Source of the DNA: Pocillopora damicornis
Taxonomy: Eukaryota
NCBI RefSeq assembly: GCF_003704095.1
Contig: NW_020846655.1
Coordinates: 496,001 to 560,000 of the forward strand
Length of the DNA: 64,000 nucleotides
Reading direction: 5' to 3'
Shown: in pieces, positions 25,694 through 35,777 of the stretch
Layout: every line of letters starts with the position of its first letter
How positions within the stretch are numbered: the first letter of the stretch is position 1
The notes under the pieces: generated by a model
Database searches by the model: none
What the model saw: only the letters and a program-made list of their open reading frames with translations
What the model was told of the DNA's origin: nothing
Position numbers and translations under genes: made by a program

Positions 25694-27180
25694 GAAGAGG
25701 AAGGAGAAAGTGATGGAGAAATTGACAACAGCGATGAAGAGGAACAAAACTACTCCAATATGAGATGGACATCTGTTATACAACCCCCAGAAGGCGTAAA
25801 TTTTCGCGAAGAGGTTGGTATGAGAGTAGGAATGGACAATGACAGTAATTGTTTAGATTACTTCCAACCTCTGTTTACTGATGATGTTTATCAGCTGATT
25901 TTACGTGAGACCAAACGGTTTGAGCATCAAAAACGGCAGCTTGAGGACAATTCTCTAGGTGATCTCCACGATTTTACCCTTCCAGAGCTAAAGGCTTGGC
26001 TTGGGCTCACATTGGCAATGGGTCTTGTCAAAAAAAGCAATTTGAAAGCTCACTGATCAACTGATTCGGTCACCAAAATTCCACTGTTTTCTAACACCAT
26101 GTCAAGAGACTACTAACTTCATATTCAGGGATATCTTCACTTTGTAAATAATTGCAATACCCCAGACCAGACAAATCCCAACAGGGATAATCTGTGGAAA
26201 ATGAGACCATTTTTAGATGCTCTTGTGCCCAGATACGCTGGAGGGTCCAGCAGCAAGCAAGGATTTGGCTCAGCGAGTTGTTCTGAAGCTAACAGAGCCT
26301 TATTTCAACAAAGGTTACAAATTGTTTGTTGACAACTGGTATACCAGTGTACCACTCTTTCTAGAACTGGAAAAAAAGGGAATTAAAGTCTGTGGAACAG
26401 TGAGGGGAAATAGAAAGTGCCTACCTCAGGACACTGTTGACCAGCGATGCGAGCAGGTCAAAAGCCTCGACTGGGGAGAATCACTTTTCCGTCAAAGCGG
26501 AAAGCTCATCTGTGTGACATGGAAGGACCGAAAGATGGTACATTACTCTCAACTCTCCCTGAGGGTTTGGGAATTGGACAGGTAGAGAGAAGGGTGAAGT
26601 CATGTGGGCAATGGCAAAGGCAGAACATCGCACAGCCACAGTTGATTACCTGTACAACTCCCATATGGGAGGAGTTGATTTGGGTGATCAACGCATAGCA
26701 ATTTGCTGCAGGTTTATGAAAGGAAATATTTGGTATCACAAAATTTACTTTCATATGCTTGAAGTTGCTGTGTTGAATGCCCACATCATGTTTAGAAGAG
26801 CTGGCCATCCAAGAGTCACCCTTGTCAAATTCAAAGAGAATCTTGCGCGGGAACTGATAGGAGGAAACGCTTTCGACGGAACAACTTTTCTGGAGGCAAT
26901 GTAGCAGTACAGGATGTCCGCTTCGAACTCCAGCAGTTTCAGCATCCTGTGGCAACTGACACTCATAGAAACTGTAAAATACATATTCAACGAGTGGAAA
27001 CAGTCTATGAGTGCTCAGTTTGCCAAGTGCGTATGTGTCCAGGACCTTGCTTTGAGCGCTACCACACACTGCACAGTTATCTTTTTGATGACCAATAGAA
27101 ATGGTCCCAAGAGACTCAAAGATGGTCGTGGCAGACCAAGAAATGGTCCAGGCAGACCACTTCAAAAGAGATCAAGATGA
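25694..27180 (+). mobile_element. piggyBac (PGBD-like) transposase pseudogene
   Basis: Acidic N-terminus, then LDYFQPLFTD, ELKAWLGL..AMG, LWKMRPFLD, GYKLFVDNWYTS (catalytic D), CGTVRGNRK, TWKDRK, YNSHMGGVDLGDQ (catalytic D) and a Cys-rich end CKIH...YECSVCQVRMCPGPCFERYH. Multiple stops and frameshifts, and an internal deletion near 26235 removes the first catalytic-D block. The 5' end abuts an assembly gap. Confidence 0.9.
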
Positions 27181-27728
27181 TTTTATGTTTCCTTTGATCA
27201 AAACATTAATTTACTTAGCGAGGTTTATGGTTGATTCAAGTGAACACTAAAATGATTTTGAGACCACTGATCGACATCAAGTTTGCAACTAAATATGGTT
27301 AAAAGAAGAACGATAGTGTTTTATTTTGTGCTAGGAAAAGCTTTCTGTGTATACAGAACTTGATATTGTGTACAGTTATTGTGTTGACAAAATTTTCACT
27401 TCAGTTCTGTTCTCTAATTCAAGGACGGTTCGGGAAAAAAATCCGTTTTATTACCTTTCTGGATTTTTCATATTTTTTCTGTAAGACACGTATTAGTTCA
27501 TTGCACTAAATGAAAGTGCAAAATCTCCTCTTTCTAAAAATGTTAGCCTTATAGTTTTCTGCCGTATTAAAAAAATTGGTGGCCTAATTAGTAATGTCAT
27601 GTCACAAATTGAGTCAAAAAACCCCCACCCCCTCAGTCCCCTTGGGGTAGGCCCAGACATCATACTGAATTCTTCCTCTAAGATGTTCTGGATGCGCAGT
27701 CTATATCACACTCGTCACAGGTTCTCTT

Positions 27729-27890
27729 AAGCTGACATATCCATCTTTAGCCCTTCGTCAATCGCTCGAACAAAGGGCTAACGCTGGAAATGTCAGCTTT
27801 AGAAACTTCTGACGTTAGCCAATTTACGTTATCAACTCAGTTGATAATCATCATGTACTACCTCCTAGCGACGCAGCACCGCAGGTTTTA
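27729..27890. repeat. Second copy of the palindromic hammerhead-like repeat
   Basis: aagctgacat...tagcccttcgtca / aaagggctaacgctggaaatgtcagctt followed by tagaaact...atcaactcagttgataa. Confidence 0.65.
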
Positions 27891-28878
27891 AAGAAAACAA
27901 ACTTCTTCCTGTTCACACTTTTAACAGTTCCCCTGTACACTTTTGTTTCCATGTTTTCCAACTGAAATAGAAATACGAAAAGAAAGTTTGATACCGTGTA
28001 TCCATATGCTACAAGCTTAATCAGATCTCTTTTTACAATGACATTACATGAATTTGGATGTTTACTGGTATTTTACTCTCATCTTAGAGTGTTTTCATGG
28101 TCCATTTAGTGAACAAGTTGTCATGCTTATCGAGAAACATTTCGTAGACCGTCTTCGCATTGTGCTCTGCTCAATATGGTAAGTGTTCCTTATCTCTTAG
28201 AAATGCGATATTTTCAAAAGATTAAAAGCGAACAATTAAGAAAATTAGGGGATTACTTAATTTTGAAACAAATTTCAAATATCAAATGTTTTTTTTCTAC
28301 GGTCTCGCGTAAGCAAGCTTTTATATTCTATTCTCTTAAACAATGCCTTGGGCACCAATTGCGTTCGTGAATCACAATAATTACTAACACTCATGGGAAT
28401 TGTTAAAAGATGATTGGTCGTTGCACAATGCACTATTCTCTTTGAAAGTAGTGAAGTAGTGAAGTTTTGTTTAGTTGCGCGTAAGTGCGTGGAATCTTAT
28501 TTTTTGTCAATTTTGTGGAACGTTTTGTTCTGCTTTGGAGCTGCACATCTTAAATCATCTCGATTTTGTTGTAGATTACTCAAATACGAGAAGAAATTGT
28601 TTTGTGGCAGGTGCGTACAAGATGTTAACGCCCAGATCAGGGTTCTTGATATCTTGAAATCACAAGTCACTGCTTCTGCAGCCCACCATTTCTGACACTT
28701 TTCTTAAAGTTCACTTTCGATTAAAAGTTGATTTAATTCAAAGTCAACAGCGTTCTCACATCTTCTTTATGATTTCCTCTCTGTCAAACAGGTTTACTCA
28801 ATATTAAAGAGTGTGGAGAAATCAGTATCAAAGAGTGTGGAGCAAACTGTATTGAGACTACAAGCGTTTCAAATTGGC

Positions 28879-29616
28879 ATGGAGCAGTCGTCCTTAAATC
28901 CAGCAACGTTGACGCCAGTGTCTTCGCCTAAGGAAGAAACGACCGGTTTGACCATAAGACAAGTGGCGAATGTAAAAATCTGGGCTCACAGGCGGCGGAA
29001 ATCACTCTTCGTCCCACAGCGATGTGAAACAGACTATGGGAACGCTTTGTTGACGCATGCAGACTTTCCGAAAGCCAGGGCAAAGTCGCTTTCTGCGTTA
29101 AATCGTGACAGAAAGTTGCAATTCGACAAGCAAATGGCCCATAAAATGATGGAACAGGTGCTGAACATGGAGCTGTCGTTCAAATCCTACGATTTAAAAG
29201 AGTGTGAAATTGCGTCGAAAAAGATCGCCAAGACACTAAATGAAAAACTGAGCAGCACATTTGACCTATCTGGCTGTAAAATGATCTGTTTGTGCTATAT
29301 CACAAAGCGTGCCAAACCTTCCTTGGCGATAGACAGTGGCTGTGCGTGGGATGAAATGAAGAGCACTGTGGAAAAGGACGCGTTCGTGGATTACGTTTAC
29401 AAAAATCAAACAATTGTTGCCGTTGCCTCCGTTTTTGTTATTTCTTGCCGCAGGTTTCCCACGAGGAAAGTGGTATTGGACAACCTCTACACTCAAGGCA
29501 CATCAGTACCTAAGGCAAGGAGTGCCGTCATGTCAGAGCCAGCTCGTAGAAGTCACGAATCAAGCGACAGAATGTTTGGCGTCCCACCTCCGAGGAAAGA
29601 TGAATGGGTGGGTTAA
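28879..29616 (+). CDS. Divergent Tctex1-domain protein, paralog 3
   Basis: Motifs F....AHKMMEQVL...L....YD...C...SK.IA..L.EKL, CKMICLCYI, SGCAWDE, DAFVDYVYKN...VAVASVF. First ATG is at 28879 (the ORF track starts at a GTG). A pyrimidine-rich acceptor (ctctgtcaaacag) ending at 28791 may be a 5'-UTR or coding intron. Confidence 0.8.
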   Translation: MEQSSLNPATLTPVSSPKEETTGLTIRQVANVKIWAHRRRKSLFVPQRCETDYGNALLTHADFPKARAKSLSALNRDRKLQFDKQMAHKMMEQVLNMELSFKSYDLKECEIASKKIAKTLNEKLSSTFDLSGCKMICLCYITKRAKPSLAIDSGCAWDEMKSTVEKDAFVDYVYKNQTIVAVASVFVISCRRFPTRKVVLDNLYTQGTSVPKARSAVMSEPARRSHESSDRMFGVPPPRKDEWVG

Positions 29617-32049
29617 GATTCATATTTCTGTGAATCGATGAGGAGAAACGGAATGGTTTTCGTGAGCATGCAAATGGAAGGAATATACCACACCATAGCA
29701 TATCGAGGTTTTATCTTTATCACTACGAATGCATGGAGCTTATTTCTAAGACATCGCATCGTTGTATCAGTGCCTTTTCGAGACTTTGAAAGCCTCTGTT
29801 TAGATACTAAGCTCTTTAAGATATCTGGGCTCTTCATATATTGGTCATTAAAATAATATGAAAATCATTAACGATTTTTGCATTTTTATGAAGCATCAAA
29901 ACAGAAAACGCAATCGCTTGCTGAAAAACGCAACGACGCTTTGTGGTGTTGTTTACTTTGTGTGTGGGCTTGTACGTGCCTTGATTATCATTAGAGTCCT
30001 TTATTCTCTTCACCATGAAAACGTGTTTTGTTATCAAGTGCCACTTAGGACTTAATTAGACGTCCCTCTGGGTAAATAGAAGAATCCACACTAAAATAGC
30101 CTCATCATTCAATAGTTTAATAACTTTATCTTCAGTGACGTCAAAGATATCTAAAATGGTTGCTGACTTTTCACTTGGGACTGTTTACATTTGTAGGGGT
30201 ATTGCACAATTATGCATGTAAATAGGAATACATGAAGTGCTTAACGAAAAAGCGTTCTCCGCACATTGTGAGTATTCGAGACTATATTGACCAAATATTA
30301 AACTTTAGTTTTGAGAACGAAAAGAACTATGGAAGGACCTTTATGAAATAACCATAGTCAAATAGTGCGGCTGAATTTCGTTCCAGTCATCACTAAAGCA
30401 AGAAGGAGTAAGAGGCGTACAAGCGAATCGAGAAAGCCGTTTCTTTTTCCACAGAAAACTTTTTATCTTGTTTTTTTGCTCAAGTTTTATTGAAAGCGTT
30501 TTACGTTTTCTTTCAATAAGGCAGGAAATATTTCTTTCTCTCGCTCTCTTGTACCTCAAAAATTGCATGTGTTTGGGAAGTTGCATTAAAGCGACTGCAT
30601 CTCGTGAGTTATGTGCTGAAAGTTTTCGTAAATGCACGGTCCGTAGGCAAGTCAAACGTACTTCCTCGCGTACTTCCTCGATGCACACTTTTAACACCGG
30701 TTGGAAATTTTTTTTTCCACTAGGTCATTTAATGAAATAATTGTGACAGAAAAACCAAATCCAGGGTCTTTCGCAATATTTTTAAGATCATCATTGTTAA
30801 CTGACCAATCAGGATTGAGAAAATTTGTTAAGTATATAATAAAAGCCCTTTTGATGATCAATAAGTTAATTTTCATATTTTATTAAAAAATCCAAATAGG
30901 AAATTTTAAGTCAGAGATCGTTTGTCTTACTGCACTCGTGGGAATAGTAAAAATAGTAGATGATGTAGCCCTCTCAGCCACTTGCATGTGATACACAATG
31001 TTACTGAATTAAAATAAAGCTGGTCATTTAACATTTTTTAAAAGATTGGTTGCTCTTCCAAGCTCATTTTAGCGACTGCTCGATGATGTTTTCGGCGCAA
31101 ACCATTTTGGAAACAAAATAACTAGTGTTTTCTTATCTCCAAATTTTTCCTTAACTTCCTGAGTGCGTTTTTGGGATCTTATTTCTAAATATGTTGATGC
31201 ATCTTGATGTAAGAGCTCCTGTTGATATTTACGACTGAGAGAAGGGAATAAGACCATGAGCTCTTCGTGTTCTCTTGGTGTACAGCTTACTTAGATTTGA
31301 CTCGCTGATAATGTCGAAAATAACCCACTGAGAGGCAAATATTCGGGATGTAGTCCCCAATCTACTACAGCCATAACGCGGGCTCGATCACTGACATTTC
31401 GGTTCCTCTAAATGTTAATGTATTCAGAGGGTGGCAGGGGAGTACATTTGTGAACTGGCTCAGCCTGGTGCTTCTTGTGAGTAAAAGAATGCAATGGGGT
31501 ATTTTTTGGTGATCATAGTAGTATTATTGTGTTTTAAATCAAAATGCCCCGATACTAAGGCTCTTACATCTAAGCTGACCTCCACTTCAGAGAATGATTA
31601 TAACTTAAAGAAATATGGAAGAAGTAAATGACAAGGAAGTATTTCGTGAAAGTGCAAACTTCGCAGATGCTTGCTCTAAGAGATATATTTCATAGAAGAA
31701 TTTTAAATCACAGATATATTTTTCATTTGTCAGTGCAGCACTCCTTTCCGACTTATTCATTTTTTTTCTCTAAAATCAAACTTCCCTCCGACGACACGTT
31801 GCTATGAGCGGACACCTGTACGTCCTTCCATCTTCTTTCTCAATTTGTATAAAACTTTGTCTCGCCATTTGGTCTCTTCCGATGTGGACGCTATCGAGAT
31901 TCACTTTAGATGTGACTTAATGGCAAGATAAAAGTTTGTACTTCACAACAAGTTCATTCACTACGATAAATGATCGGAACCTTTTTGAGTTATTATTTTC
32001 TTGAAAAAAAATAACATCTATGTCAGTGCATAGAGAGTAGTATATTTCG

Positions 32050-32135
32050 CGCACCAATCAGATCGTTTAGGGTATGTATCTCGTACCAATCAGATCGCCG
32101 CGTTTAGGGTATGTATCTCGCACTAATCAGAACGT
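32050..32135 (+). repeat. Short tandem repeat, about 2.5 copies of (cgcaccaatcagatcg..tttagggtatgtatct)
   Basis: Direct inspection; units of about 32-37 bp. Confidence 0.75.
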
Positions 32136-33199
32136 CGTTTTTGTTCTTTGATTTGAGAAGTGTTCAAATCTCAACGACGTAATGGGGGATTCGGAGACAG
32201 CAGTTTGTATAATGGAATCATCATTTAGAATGAGAAGCGTTGGCTTTTCTGTGTTTTTAACGTACATTTTACCGCGCTTTATGAGAAATGCGATACTACT
32301 GGACAGATGAAAGATATCCGATTACGTTCAGTAAACGTGTCGCTCCTGTTGTGAAATGGCGGATAGCTGTGCGAGAGAAAATGGAGTCCTGTGCACTGTA
32401 GCACGGTCATGGTCATCGTTCCTTCACGACAAGGATGAGTGGAACAATTTTGAATCAAATATTACTTGAGGTGTTGATAAATTGCACTAAACATTTTGAT
32501 TTGAGCAGTTCTTTAACGGCAAGCTGTGTTACAAGATTCATTATTTGTTGAGTGTGCCGGTTATATTTTTCTGGATTGGTTTGCTCGATGCTATCTCTAG
32601 ATGAATGTCTGATTAAAATGAACTATGGACAATTTTGTGTATGTTTTCGATGACTGGAGAAAGTGATCTTGTGGAGTTTTTTGTGTTTGGCCAAGGACGA
32701 ATTCAGATACCAAAGTTAGCATGTCTATTTGATTTTGTTATCTAGGACGATTGATTAACGGAGGTAAGTTAATATGATGTGATTAACTAACGTCGAAGGA
32801 ACAGTTTTGGTCTAGGTCCGCATTTTTGACAACAAAATAAACACATACCACTTAAAAAGATTATAACAAGGACCACGTGTAAAGCTGTCAATTGTTTCTC
32901 GAATGTTGCGCGTGTTAAATATTCAAAACTGACATCTCATTTACATCTACATCTACTTTTATTACGTTGGTAAAACCTGTACAGACATCACACCTACCAA
33001 CTCGCGTGCAAAGTGAGAAGACCATATGAAGGATTGAAATTATATTAAGATCGATTTTGATCACGAAATGGGCCAGGAATATTGCACAATAGTGCAAATA
33101 ATCGTGAAAGCTGATCGTGGAAAAGCGATTGCGTGACGTTCGGTAAGTTATAACATGACATGTTATCACATGCCAGACGGAAAAACTCTTTAGATTCTC

Positions 33200-33300
33200 A
33201 GTCTGCATTTTGTGCCCACTCTGCGATCTGCAGTCTACATTTTATACCTAGTCTGCATTTTATATCTGGTCTGCAGTCTGCAGTCTGCATTTTGTACTAA
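33200..33300 (+). repeat. Tandem (ctgcagt)ctgcatttt repeat
   Basis: Four degenerate agtctgcatttt units. Confidence 0.65.
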
Positions 33301-33894
33301 CAGGTAGACAGAGTACACTAACTGAAAACTATAGAAATCTGTGGCACCGATACAGTTTATTTTTGGTTACAGTTAACAAGCTACCACAAAGTACCTGTGT
33401 GTGAGTTAATTCGATATCTTCGTTCTTTTCCACGTTAATATTCTTCTTTCCTTTCCTTTCCCGGAATCGAATGTAGTGTTGGTTACATCGGCACAAATGC
33501 TTCATTTTCATGCAGTCAAGCCGCGGCTTTCGAAGAATTTTTTCAGTTTAGAAATACATGCAGTTTAATGAGCTTTCTCGTGGACAATGTTTTGTTACAT
33601 AGGGCTTTGATTTGATCCAATGGTTCCGCTCGGCTAAAAATATAGCCATCTGAACTGTTAATTATTAATTACATGCAAAGGCAACATTTGGTTAAAATAT
33701 AAAATTGCACTTATCGATAAGGTAACGTTTCACGATACACGTTCACCAGTATCCATGATTCTGGTCTTGCTATATCTAAATAACTGTCCATGTTCATAGT
33801 TACTTTTCTATCTAAGCTAGAGAGGTAAAAAATTTACTTTGTCATAAGAGGTACTGGAAGACCAGTTTTTCGATAATAAATTCAGTAAACTCAG

Positions 33895-35019
33895 TTAAGC
33901 TCTTGGAAACATTTCAACATCGTTTCCTCTTCCTCCTCGAGACACGATTCCCCTGAGGTCGTCCGAATCATCCCTCTCCTTTACGTATGGCTGCGTCCTG
34001 TCGCCTGTTGATCGAGGATATCTTTCTGCCATAGCTTCGTGCGCTTGACCAACCAGCGAGAACACATCATTTCCTTCAAATTCGTGCCAGGTTGTATCAA
34101 CAAAAGTCATGTCGACTTTTTGTTTGCCTTCTTGTTGAACTTTTTCCTTAAAAGCAGTAACAGCTGCCTGCGCTTGAAGATGTTGATAATCCTCCAAAGA
34201 TGGAAACGCTTCTTCGAATTTATTTATGGCGACCAAATGCTGATAAGCGTTTCTGAGTATGTCGGAAGGATTTTGTTGCACAGTGGTAAAATACAGATCT
34301 GCTCGTCTCTTTCCTTGTTCTCGTGCCAGCTTTTCCATGTTTTCTTTAAATGCTTCAACTGCTGCTTCTGCTTCGAGTATTTTGTAGGTGAAAGGACTTG
34401 GCAATGAGCCGATTTCTCGCTGGAAACAGCATCTTTGGATGGAAATAACAAGGAAACCCCCTAGCAGAGAACAACCGAGGAGCAATAAAGCGGCTGTTTG
34501 CGAATTTTTCCCCGCATTTGCGTAATCTGCTTCGATTTTTAATTTCTCCTGAGGTGAAGCCGAAAGCAATTTTGCTTCTTTCGTTCCTCCGAGAGCTGCA
34601 CATATAAAATAGTCTCGTTGTAACAATGCCCAGAAAATCCAAATGAAGCCAGACAAGGAACTCTGAAATATGATTTCCACGAGCTTTCTGCTGCATGGCC
34701 AGCGAGGGAAGAAGCAGCAACAGTAACGCTTTAATCCTTTTCTTTGCTGCTGTTCGTAAAAGCAACATCCACGCACAAGATCCCAGAATCCGCTATGAAG
34801 AAATATTGTCACGAGAAATAAAAACAAAGCTGGAATGATGAAGAAACAGCTTGCATACAAAGCAAAACCATCTGGCGGACATTGAAAAAAATCCTCGCTT
34901 TGAACAACGGCGTTGATTCCAAAAACTATCAGAGTTATAGTTGTGTTTCTGATTGCCCCTGAATGGCTCTGAAAAACTGACTGGAACGAGGTCACAAGCT
35001 TGGTTAGAGTGAACGCCAT
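33895..35019 (-). CDS. CALHM: Calcium homeostasis modulator (CALHM-family) large-pore channel
   Basis: Amphipathic N-terminal helix and four hydrophobic segments. Family motifs FQCP, Y...F.IIPALFLF, WIFWALL..DYFICA, SQ before TM4, RCC after TM4 and a Y..LE....F.E...LA C-terminal helix. Start taken at MAFTL (35019); upstream in-frame ATG at 35073. Confidence 0.82.
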   Translation of the reverse strand: MAFTLTKLVTSFQSVFQSHSGAIRNTTITLIVFGINAVVQSEDFFQCPPDGFALYASCFFIIPALFLFLVTIFLHSGFWDLVRGCCFYEQQQRKGLKRYCCCFFPRWPCSRKLVEIIFQSSLSGFIWIFWALLQRDYFICAALGGTKEAKLLSASPQEKLKIEADYANAGKNSQTAALLLLGCSLLGGFLVISIQRCCFQREIGSLPSPFTYKILEAEAAVEAFKENMEKLAREQGKRRADLYFTTVQQNPSDILRNAYQHLVAINKFEEAFPSLEDYQHLQAQAAVTAFKEKVQQEGKQKVDMTFVDTTWHEFEGNDVFSLVGQAHEAMAERYPRSTGDRTQPYVKERDDSDDLRGIVSRGGRGNDVEMFPRA

Positions 35020-35777
35020 TTTGATTTTGTTTACGATCGTAACGAAACGGTCCCACGGGATTACGCATATCATTAGTTATATTGGTCACGCCACGAAGTT
35101 CGTGTTCGAGAGCTGAGGTCAAGAGATGATTCCGAAGTGTGTCGATGACAGTCTCTAATCGTTAAGATGGATCTGTGCCTGCGGCCTGCTGATAATTTTT
35201 AGGGCATTAAGAAAGAATAATTTAGTATCTGACACATTTTTTTAATTTTCCCAGGGTATAAAAGGAAGGACAAGATTTAAATGTGGGAATCCGCGCAAAA
35301 ACATCGATATACGCTTAATGACCTTATCCTACGCAAGGGTCAATCGTACCCCCATCATGTGCTATGATACAAGCATCAATTGATTCAGGTGACAAGGCAA
35401 GCACGGAAAAACAAAGGATTGCGAGTGGCCAAGGAGCTCCCAGCTAGAACTGTAACACCATTGATTTTCTATTTAATTTATGCCGACTTTCAAGGACAAA
35501 TGTTTCGTTCAATCATTCAAATCGCCTAAACTCATGCAAACACGCTGAGTTCCCTTTTTTAAGTTTGTCAAGTGCTGAGCATTTTGGCGAGAGTCGGTTT
35601 TTTCACACTGCTAAACTTATAAATATAACCTCAACTTATGCAAACTTGCTATGTTGAAGGATTCGGTGTATTTGACGGACATTGGTCAGATTCTTAAAAA
35701 AACCAACTCAACGCTAGAAATCAAAGAGCCAAGCGAACTTACGAAGTCTCCTTAAATTGGCTAAGTCCCTCTGTATT

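Noticed and set aside
26506-27165. 219-aa minus-strand ORF
   Set aside because: Antisense shadow of the piggyBac transposase relic.
27600-27660. Possible right TIR of the piggyBac element (cagtccccttggggtag)
   Set aside because: No clean GGG-TTAA end, and the left end is lost in the assembly gap, so it cannot be paired.
34039-35122. Several overlapping alternative-frame or antisense ORFs in CALHM (likewise those overlapping nanos, the Tctex genes and the ankyrin gene)
   Set aside because: Shadow ORFs of real coding sequence with no recognisable motifs.
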